Shown here: positions 25,707 through 32,000 of the stretch, piece after piece | Position numbering within the stretch: the stretch's first letter is position 1 | How the letters are laid out: the number at the start of each line of letters is the position of its first letter | Origin: a bacterium | Lineage (GTDB): Bacteria > UBP7 > UBA6624 | DNA length: 32,000 bases | Reading direction: 5' to 3' | Assembly (NCBI GenBank): GCA_002716355.1 | Contig: PBAU01000002.1 | Span: 64,000-95,999, forward strand | Position numbers and translations under genes: made by a program | The notes under the pieces: model-generated | Told to the model about the DNA's origin: nothing | Databases searched by the model: none | Seen by the model: only the letters and a program-made list of their open reading frames with translations

Positions 25707-27346
25707 AGATTAAATTTCCTATTTTTTTAATTTTCATTTTGGCAATGGGCCCACAAAAGGGAATAGTGGTTGCCGATAACCAGATTGCTGTTGATATCGG
25801 TTCTCAAATATTGAAAGAAGGGAATGCTTTTGATGCTGCTGTTACAACAGCTTTGATTTTAGGAATTACACACCCTCACAGTAGTGGCATTGGAGGAGGA
25901 GGTTTTGTTGTTTTTAAAAATGACAATGCAATTGGCTCTCTCGATTTTCGTGAAATGGCTCCTTCAAGCTTCTATCCAGAAGTGTTTATTGATGGTAGAA
26001 ATTCAAGATTAGGGGCATGGTCTGTCGGTGTTCCAGGAGAGCTTGCCGGTCTGTTTGAATTGCACAAAGGGCGTGGGGCTCTTCCATGGAGCGAAGTTGT
26101 TAAACCAGCAACAAGATTAGCGGAAGAGGGTTTTGTTGTCGGGCCCGTTCTTGCTGCTGCAATTAAATCCAATTTTGATTCAATTCTTAGCGACCCAGGC
26201 CTCAGCGTTATTTTTGCACCTGGTGGAAACATGCTAAAAGAGGGTGATCTTTGCCAACGACCCAATCTTGCAAAAACATTAAAAAAGCTTGAATTAGGTT
26301 TAGCGGATTTTTACAGTTGGGACACTGCTGAGAGGTCTGTTGTTTTTTTAAATTCCAAAGGTGGTGATTTTGGTTTGTATGATTTTGAATCTTATGAAAC
26401 AAAATACAGAAAACCTGTTTCTGGATCTTTTCGTGATTTTGATATATACAGCATGCCCCCACCATCTTCTGGAGGTATCGCCATTGTGCAGATGCTCGGC
26501 ATATTTGAAGCTTCAGGATTATTTTTTGACAGAAGCTTAAATGCAACCAGATCTTTCCTTCATGCTATGACACATGCATTTGCAGATAGAGCTGCATATG
26601 GTGGCGATCCTGATTTTTCAGAAATTCCAATGGACAGACTTTTGGACTCTAGCTTGCACGCAACTCTATCTGTTTGGTCTCCTGAAAAGGGGCCTCAGCC
26701 CACAATTGAAGCAGGGCTCGCTTCCATTAAGGGCGATTTGCCCATTGTCAATCAGGCTGACGATGACGGTACGACTCATTTCTCAATACTAGATAAATTT
26801 GGGAATGCCGTTTCTCTCACTTCAACCATCAACTTAGCTTTTGGATCCAAAATGATGGATCCGCAAACAGGTATTATCTTTAATAACGAAATGGATGATT
26901 TTGCAGCAAGGCCAGGTGTTCCGAATGCATTTGGTTTGATCCAGGGTGCAGCAAATGCTCCGAATGCAAAAAAAAGACCATTATCATCAATGTCACCAAC
27001 GATAGTTGTAAGCAACGGACAGGTCTATCTGGCCTTAGGCGCTTCTGGTGGCCCTAGGATTATCACCGGAACAATACAAACATTATTAACGATACTCGAT
27101 GGCGGCTTAAGCCCTCAAGATGCACTCAGCCTTCCTAGACTTCACCACCAATGGCTTCCAGAAACAGTATGGCATGAACAGGGATTTGAGCCGATGGTTT
27201 TAGCAGAGTTGCAATCGGAAGGTTTTTTATTTAAGGTTGGATCAAGCGGTGTTGTGCAGGTTGCAATGTTTCAAGATGGAGAATTTAAAGGCGCTGCAGA
27301 TCCCAGGAAGGGTGCTGAAGTGAATATTTCAATTGTGCATGAATGA
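25703..27346 (+). CDS. ggt: Gamma-glutamyltranspeptidase / glutathione hydrolase
   Basis: Signal-peptide-like N-terminus. GGGGF motif. Autoprocessing site and nucleophile region DDGTTHFSILDKFGNAVSLTSTIN, FNNEMDDF, PLSSMSPT, GASGGPRIITG. Confidence 0.92.
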   Translation: MKIKFPIFLIFILAMGPQKGIVVADNQIAVDIGSQILKEGNAFDAAVTTALILGITHPHSSGIGGGGFVVFKNDNAIGSLDFREMAPSSFYPEVFIDGRNSRLGAWSVGVPGELAGLFELHKGRGALPWSEVVKPATRLAEEGFVVGPVLAAAIKSNFDSILSDPGLSVIFAPGGNMLKEGDLCQRPNLAKTLKKLELGLADFYSWDTAERSVVFLNSKGGDFGLYDFESYETKYRKPVSGSFRDFDIYSMPPPSSGGIAIVQMLGIFEASGLFFDRSLNATRSFLHAMTHAFADRAAYGGDPDFSEIPMDRLLDSSLHATLSVWSPEKGPQPTIEAGLASIKGDLPIVNQADDDGTTHFSILDKFGNAVSLTSTINLAFGSKMMDPQTGIIFNNEMDDFAARPGVPNAFGLIQGAANAPNAKKRPLSSMSPTIVVSNGQVYLALGASGGPRIITGTIQTLLTILDGGLSPQDALSLPRLHHQWLPETVWHEQGFEPMVLAELQSEGFLFKVGSSGVVQVAMFQDGEFKGAADPRKGAEVNISIVHE

Positions 27347-27884
27347 TGTTAAGCCAACAATATTAGAGTTTTCCATAGGCTCCTTTTTTTCTGGATATAG
27401 AAAAATTGCTTGGGTCGATTCAATCTCTTATTCCACTATCAAAAAAATCAAGTGGCCCAAATGTAGAGATTGCTATTCTTCAATATGCAAGGATTGCTTT
27501 TCTAAAATCAGATTCCATTTCCACAAACGGCTTCATCGTTTTTACGCAAATAAAACCCCGCAAAATCCCGATAACTGGTTTCAATATGGTCACTCACCGT
27601 TTTCAAAAAAGCATCTTGAGGAAATTTCTCAAGATGCACTGTACCCCAACTATCTTCCTTGTTTGCTAAATCACCCTAGCGGGATTTTGCCTCGAAAAAA
27701 AGTTTGGATATATTTCTGGAAAGAGATGGACAGACTAGATATATGGAATTGGCAGAAATCATATCGCCAAATCGAACCTAATGACGGGCTTGAATGGGAA
27801 TTGAAAATCAAAAGGGCAGGCAGGAGGCATAGGCGAATCGTCGGGGGCAAGAGAGATACCCTAAAGGCTTTAACCAGTTTGTAA
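27333..27884 (+). CDS. Orphan hypothetical protein, very basic, Trp/Cys/His-rich (CxxC-x4-CxxC)
   Basis: 183-codon stop-free frame, which is unlikely by chance in AT-rich DNA. No family recognised and odd composition. Overlaps the ggt stop by 14 nt. The minus strand here carries only broken reading frames. Confidence 0.4.
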   Translation: MCMNDVKPTILEFSIGSFFSGYRKIAWVDSISYSTIKKIKWPKCRDCYSSICKDCFSKIRFHFHKRLHRFYANKTPQNPDNWFQYGHSPFSKKHLEEISQDALYPNYLPCLLNHPSGILPRKKVWIYFWKEMDRLDIWNWQKSYRQIEPNDGLEWELKIKRAGRRHRRIVGGKRDTLKALTSL

Positions 27885-27915
27885 AGATTATGGAAGGTCT
27901 AGCTTACACCCAACT

Positions 27916-28779
27916 TTGGCAATCATGATCATTTTCCTTATCTCCCAAATGTTTTTTTACACTCAGCCAGAAGAGGTAAATGTCATGTCTTTCAATATCA
28001 GGTACGGAGCAGCTAATGACGGTATAAACAAATGGGACAATAGGAAAGAGTTTGTATATGAAACGATTAAGCAAGAGACATATGATTTTATTGGTGTTCA
28101 GGAGGCTTTGCACTTTCAGATCCAGGCAATAAATGCCGAGCTGATCGATCACAATGTTTTTTTTAGAGGTAGAGGCTGGTCGCCTTTAACAGGTGAAGCA
28201 TGCGGTATTTTTTACAGTAATTCCTGGGAGATTATCATTAATGAATCAGGTACGTTTTGGCTGTCAGAAAAACCTGATACACCAGCATCTAAAAGTTGGG
28301 ATTCTTCACTGCCCAGAATTGTTACCTGGGCTAAATTCAGAAACAAAATATCGAACAATTTTGTTTATGTTTACAACACGCACTTTGACCATCTGGGACA
28401 ACAAGCAAGGGAGCAGAGTTCAAAGATTATCATTGAACACATCAGTAAAAGAGAGCATGATGCCCCTGTAATTTTGCTTGGTGATTTCAATGCTGCAGAA
28501 AACAATAAGGCAATTGCCATTTTGAAAAAAGGCATGCCTGAAGGTTTGTCTTTTTTTGACCCTTGGAATCAAATGCATCCAGAAGAAACCCAAAGAGGAA
28601 CTTTCAATTATTGGAAGAGTGAAAAGGATGGACCGAAGATTGATTATATTTTTGCTTTAAAGGGTACTCGCGTATTGGACGCACAGATATTGAGAAGGAC
28701 TTTTGAAGGGAGGAATTCTTCTGACCATTACCCGGTAACAGCAAAACTTGTTTTAACGGCATCCTTGGGGGATTACTAA
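27916..28779 (+). CDS. Endonuclease/exonuclease/phosphatase (EEP) family protein
   Basis: EEP motifs VMSFNIRYG, IGVQEAL, VYNTHFDHLG, LLGDFNA, IDYIF, SSDHYPVTA. The listed start is TTG 27916. ATG 27985 (MSFNIRY), preceded by GAGG at 8 nt, is a plausible alternative. Confidence 0.85.
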   Translation: MAIMIIFLISQMFFYTQPEEVNVMSFNIRYGAANDGINKWDNRKEFVYETIKQETYDFIGVQEALHFQIQAINAELIDHNVFFRGRGWSPLTGEACGIFYSNSWEIIINESGTFWLSEKPDTPASKSWDSSLPRIVTWAKFRNKISNNFVYVYNTHFDHLGQQAREQSSKIIIEHISKREHDAPVILLGDFNAAENNKAIAILKKGMPEGLSFFDPWNQMHPEETQRGTFNYWKSEKDGPKIDYIFALKGTRVLDAQILRRTFEGRNSSDHYPVTAKLVLTASLGDY

Positions 28780-28795
28780 TTAGAATTAAAAAACA

Positions 28796-29140
28796 ATGAA
28801 GATTAAATTTATTTTTGCTCTTTTGGCTTTTGTTTTTTTTGGCTGTGGAGATGGTCAGATATTTGGGAATGTAATATGTGATACAGCTCCAAGCGCAAAT
28901 CCAATATCGGGCATGGACCCACTTGAGGTTACTTTTACTGAAAACGCCCAAGGAGCCGTTGGGTACCTATGGTCTTTTGGAGACCTCAATACATCAACTG
29001 AGGAAAACCCCGTACATACTTTTCAACTGTTGGATCCCAATGTAAATCAGCAGTACACTGTGACCTTAAGAGCTTTTGGAATCAATGAATCTTTTGCTGA
29101 TTGCCCATCCATTTCAATAACTGTTGAATCTTCTCAATAA
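28796..29140 (+). CDS. Small PKD-domain lipoprotein
   Basis: Lipobox (FVFFGCG). PKD-like pattern PLEVTFTENAQGAVGYLWSFGDLNTSTEENPVHTF...YTVTLRA. Confidence 0.75.
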   Translation: MKIKFIFALLAFVFFGCGDGQIFGNVICDTAPSANPISGMDPLEVTFTENAQGAVGYLWSFGDLNTSTEENPVHTFQLLDPNVNQQYTVTLRAFGINESFADCPSISITVESSQ

Positions 29141-29153
29141 GATTTAAGAAACA

Positions 29154-29921
29154 ATGCTGTTTTTCCAAATATTGGCAATCCTGATTCAGCTTGGGGTTCC
29201 TGTTTTCCTGTTTTTTTTGATTTGGAAGAAATGGAAAATAGACAATCGTTTGATTTATGCAGGATCTGCTGCTTTTCTTGGATCCCAACTGATTCATCTG
29301 CCACTGAATTGGTATTTGGCTAATGTTGGCCTGCTTGATGGATCGGGCTTAGTTACACTTTTGATTCTTTCATTCACTGCAGGTTTGTGTGAAGAGCCAG
29401 CACGTTATTTTGTTTTAAAGCGATGGTGGCCAGCATCTAACACTTACAAGGAGGCAATTGCCTTTGGGGCTGGTCATGGCGGAATCGAGTCGTTAGGGGT
29501 TGGGCTTTTGTCAATATTTAGTGTTATGAATTTTTGGAATATCAAAAACGGTGGAATAATTCCAGGCATCACACCCGAAGATCTGATGTTAGCAAGAGAA
29601 CAGATAGAAGCATCTCTTGCGATGCCTTCCTGGCTGCAGCTTGCAGGGGGTTTTGAAAGGATTTTTGCAATTGTTTTTCACTTTTCAGCATCATGCATCG
29701 TTATGTTTTCTATTGCAAAAAACAAACCAATGCTTGTTTGGCTCGCAATTTTATGGCATACGCTTTTCAATTTTGCTGGATTGTCGGTCCTGTTCCTTGC
29801 AGGCGGGGCAACTGAGCCAAATGCAATTATGTATTCCGAATTAACACTTTTGGTTTTGATGATTCCGTCGATTTGGATCATAAAAACAACTAGGAAAAGC
29901 TTAAAGTCGAATCAATATTGA
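29154..29921 (+). CDS. YhfC-family intramembrane metalloprotease-like membrane protein
   Basis: Polytopic membrane protein with GLCEEPARYFVLK (EExxR), AFGAGHGGIES, ERIFAIVFHFS and WHTLFNF. These resemble the B. subtilis YhfC family as I recall it. Confidence 0.68.
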   Translation: MLFFQILAILIQLGVPVFLFFLIWKKWKIDNRLIYAGSAAFLGSQLIHLPLNWYLANVGLLDGSGLVTLLILSFTAGLCEEPARYFVLKRWWPASNTYKEAIAFGAGHGGIESLGVGLLSIFSVMNFWNIKNGGIIPGITPEDLMLAREQIEASLAMPSWLQLAGGFERIFAIVFHFSASCIVMFSIAKNKPMLVWLAILWHTLFNFAGLSVLFLAGGATEPNAIMYSELTLLVLMIPSIWIIKTTRKSLKSNQY

Positions 29922-30409
29922 TCTTGCATCGTTGCTATCTCGGCGTAAACTTCAGTTGTCCCATCTTCTTTTACCAGAATGATTGAATAAGGGTCAAACA
30001 TATCGCCCATTTCCATACCAGGGCTTCCCATAGGCATCCTCGGAACGGAAAGGCCTATTGCCCCTTCAGGCGGATCCATAAGGAATTCAAGGATGAATTT
30101 TGCAGGAATATGCCCTTCAAAAAAATAGCCATTCTTGCTTGTTCCCGTATGGCAGGATGCAAGATTTTCACCAATGCCAAGTTGCTTTTTCATTCTGTTG
30201 AGTGCAAAAGGGTCATGGTCATAGCTTTTAACCTTTATGCCATTTTCTTCAAGATGGCTGTTCCAGAGCTTGCAACAGCCGCAAGTCGGTGTTTTATGGA
30301 CACTGATGACGATACTGGAAGTATCTCCTTGTTCCGGATCGGCAGAATTGCCAAGAGCCCAAATAAACCCAACTAAAAGGATCCAGAATAAATTTGAATT
30401 TTTTTTCAT
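29912..30409 (-). CDS. DUF411 / CopG-like periplasmic metal (copper)-binding protein
   Basis: Conserved CxCC motif (TPTCGCCKLW), LASCHTG, FEGHIPAKFI, GLSVPRMPMGSPGME. The signal peptide begins at MKKNSNLFWILLVGFIWALG (ATG 30409). The longer ORF to 30478 would overlap the upstream gene. Confidence 0.85.
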   Translation of the reverse strand: MKKNSNLFWILLVGFIWALGNSADPEQGDTSSIVISVHKTPTCGCCKLWNSHLEENGIKVKSYDHDPFALNRMKKQLGIGENLASCHTGTSKNGYFFEGHIPAKFILEFLMDPPEGAIGLSVPRMPMGSPGMEMGDMFDPYSIILVKEDGTTEVYAEIATMQDQY

Positions 30410-30422
30410 ACTGTAATCCCCA

Positions 30423-30830
30423 TTAGCAATCTTTGCAGTTTTTTGAAACGCATAATCTTTGATTTTGGATATGTGCATAAGAGATAATTAAGGTACCTAA
30501 TGTAGTCAATGCGACCTCTCCCGTTTCACCAAGTGCATCGTGTGCCCAGGTAGCTGCAATAACCAGTACAGCCATTCCGCTAAAGCCGTATGAGATGATA
30601 TGTTTTTGATTATGCTTTTTGCAACCCATAAACAAAGCCAGCATGCTTAATGGAATGATTACAAGAAGTAGCATCTTGTGGAAAGATTCATCCCCAAAAA
30701 ATGTCAGGCCCAATGTTGGAAATAGCAACAGGAATACAGGCAGAAACAGGCAATGCAGAAAGCATAAGGCTGAAAAGCCTATAGCCAGCTTGTCAAGAAA
30801 GTTATTTTTTGCTTCCACACGCGGAATCAT
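30423..30830 (-). CDS. MerC-domain-like small membrane protein (putative metal transporter)
   Basis: 135 aa with four hydrophobic helices. First-helix Cys/His motif (FSALCFLHCLFLPVFLL) and central GCKKHNQKH resemble MerC domain-containing proteins. Confidence 0.62.
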   Translation of the reverse strand: MIPRVEAKNNFLDKLAIGFSALCFLHCLFLPVFLLLFPTLGLTFFGDESFHKMLLLVIIPLSMLALFMGCKKHNQKHIISYGFSGMAVLVIAATWAHDALGETGEVALTTLGTLIISYAHIQNQRLCVSKNCKDC

Positions 30831-30857
30831 AACTTTAAAAGGTAGTTTTTTATGATT

Positions 30858-31931
30858 TTATGGCCAGATTGATGTGTCAGGATCAGATATTTCCCAATCA
30901 AAAGGCCATCCATTCGGACATGGGGGATAGGTCTGAAAGATCCAGCCCATCCCTTCATAGCTCCATGTTGCAAGGGTGAATAGTGGGCCCAGTTCATATG
31001 ATACTGACCTCACCTCTTCGCAATCAGTAAGGTTGATGGAGAGGAGGGTTGTGTCCCAGTAACCCAATATGATTTTCCATGCATTTAGAGGAGGGTTTGC
31101 ATTTCCTGTAAATCCTATTTGATCTTCTGTTTCCTGAAGAAAAAAAAGAAGATCAGTGTGTATAGCTGGACCTGTTCCATTGTTGTCATCCATGTAATGC
31201 AAAGGAAAACCTTTTCCAATACCTCCGCCAGGGGAGATATTGTCACTCCAATAAAGAGTGCCCTTGGGGTCATTTGAAATTGGATCCCTGTACCAATTTA
31301 TGTCTTGTCCAAGATGGTCTGTTTCGCCGCCTATGTAAAGATCATTGTTGTCGTACCTGAAGAAGAAACACGATGCATCATTCGGCATGGTGTCAACAGA
31401 GTTCGCAACATCCTGCCAGCTTGTTTCCCATGAGCATTTTACGAATTCATACCATTCTTCAGGCATGCTTCCGGGGAGAAGAAAATGACCACCAATGTCA
31501 TAAACGGCGGATACAGGGCACCCTCCATTTGGTCCAGTGTTGTAGTCAACAGTGGAAATATGCCCGGAAAAATTACACCATAATCTTGTGTCTGTTATTT
31601 TTGTAACAAGTACAAGTTGCCCGACATTTGGCTCGGTTCCAGCAGGGATGCCATATGTAACGCTTCCTACAGGTCCATCTGTGCAGTTTTCCTGTAACGG
31701 GAATGATGCGTAAAGGGATTGTGGAGAGCAGAAGTAAACCATTTCATATTCTTTGTCTGGGGTGGTTTTGTCTATCTCGTATCCAAGTGCTGACATGACA
31801 AACCACTCGCTTTCCCCATCTCCCCCATGAATATGCCAATTTTGAATTAAATTCAGGGGAGGTGTTGGATTGTTGTTTGGGCAGCCAGTAAGCAAAAAAA
31901 CAAATCCAAAAATCAATAATATTTTTTTCAC
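30858..31931 (-). CDS. Lipoprotein of unknown function (Trp/Cys/Gly-rich)
   Basis: 357-aa ORF with a GTG start preceded by AAGGAGG at 7 nt. Signal peptide plus lipobox (FLLTGC). No family recognised. Confidence 0.7.
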   Translation of the reverse strand: MKKILLIFGFVFLLTGCPNNNPTPPLNLIQNWHIHGGDGESEWFVMSALGYEIDKTTPDKEYEMVYFCSPQSLYASFPLQENCTDGPVGSVTYGIPAGTEPNVGQLVLVTKITDTRLWCNFSGHISTVDYNTGPNGGCPVSAVYDIGGHFLLPGSMPEEWYEFVKCSWETSWQDVANSVDTMPNDASCFFFRYDNNDLYIGGETDHLGQDINWYRDPISNDPKGTLYWSDNISPGGGIGKGFPLHYMDDNNGTGPAIHTDLLFFLQETEDQIGFTGNANPPLNAWKIILGYWDTTLLSINLTDCEEVRSVSYELGPLFTLATWSYEGMGWIFQTYPPCPNGWPFDWEISDPDTSIWP

Positions 31932-31950
31932 AAGAACCTCCTTTTTTCTT

Positions 31951-31979
31951 TTATACCCTTGATTTTAATGCAAGGTTTC
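31951..31979 (-). promoter_or_regulatory. Candidate ECF-type promoter GAAAC-N18-GTATAA upstream of the 30858..31931 lipoprotein gene
   Basis: Minus-strand sequence tatcgGAAACcttgcattaaaatcaaggGTATAAaagaaaaaAGGAGGttcttGTG. Both elements and their spacing are identical to the motif upstream of the ECF sigma gene (4033..4061). Confidence 0.4.
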
Positions 31980-32000
31980 CGATATAAAGGGGGGAGACTA

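Noticed and set aside
25972-26546. Two minus-strand ORFs (97 and 112 aa) inside ggt.
   Set aside because: These are shadow frames of a gene with unmistakable GGT motifs, and their composition is implausible for real proteins.
27350-27700. A fragmented minus-strand reading frame, considered as a bona fide gene (possible acetyltransferase-like remnant).
   Set aside because: It needs at least four frameshifts or stops to be repaired, and no start codon is evident. The opposite strand keeps a continuous 183-codon frame across all the breakpoints. It is kept only as an alternative explanation in the findings.
27904-28152. 82-aa minus-strand ORF overlapping the 5' part of the EEP gene.
   Set aside because: The plus-strand frame carries the EEP catalytic motifs (FNIRYG, GVQEAL). 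The antisense product has no recognisable features.
29912-30478. The long form of the DUF411 ORF, starting at 30478 (MHISKIKDYAFQK...).
   Set aside because: It would overlap the upstream MerC-like gene by 56 nt and place 23 non-hydrophobic residues before the signal peptide. The ATG at 30409 yields a normal signal peptide.
1-32000. A search by eye for CRISPR arrays, tRNA or rRNA genes, IS elements, integrases, phage genes, toxin-antitoxin pairs and known defence systems.
   Set aside because: - Intergenic space is nearly absent; the largest gaps are about 70-100 nt.
- There are no repeat-spacer structures, no transposase or integrase-like ORFs and no cloverleaf-like sequences.
- A covariance-model scan (tRNAscan-SE, Infernal) would be needed to exclude small RNAs fully.

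Overview
Densely packed, low-GC (roughly 38-40% by eye) bacterial chromosomal segment with about 32 protein-coding genes. I could find no rRNA, tRNA, CRISPR array or mobile element. Frequent lipobox signal peptides, start/stop overlaps and almost no intergenic DNA suggest a streamlined Gram-negative, probably aquatic, genome. That taxonomic guess is inference only.

Gene order:
- 1-2079 (+): 3' end of a membrane transporter fused to tandem UspA domains, then a lipoprotein.
- 2055-6695 (-): hutI, a lipoprotein, an ECF sigma factor, a putative anti-sigma factor and a periplasmic protein.
- 6697-8199 (+): an M32 carboxypeptidase.
- 8192-11607 (-): an M24 peptidase, an orphan ORF and hutU.
- 11636-29921 (+): one long co-directional array. 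It holds a PLC-like phosphodiesterase, a PhoU-winged-helix fusion, pstS-pstC-pstA-pstB-pstB-phoU, an HDAC-like deacetylase, a CBM9-like protein, an SSS transporter, GH130, GH38, ggt, an orphan ORF, an EEP phosphoesterase, a PKD lipoprotein and a YhfC-like protease.
- 29912-31931 (-): DUF411/CopG-like, MerC-like and a lipoprotein.

The most interesting signal is the phosphate locus.
- A PhoU paralogue is fused in frame to an OmpR/PhoB-type DNA-binding domain and has no receiver domain. No phoR or phoB lies in the window.
- The same bipartite motif sits at identical spacing from a -10 hexamer in front of both the fusion gene and pstS.
- The two tandem PstB ATPases carry complementary motif degeneracies that predict one consensus and one degenerate ATP site.
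- Together these suggest a self-contained, possibly one-component, phosphate-sensing circuit.

A second notable signal is a sigma-W-like ECF promoter motif (GAAAC-N18-GTATAA). It is found in front of the ECF sigma gene and again about 28 kb away in front of a lipoprotein gene.
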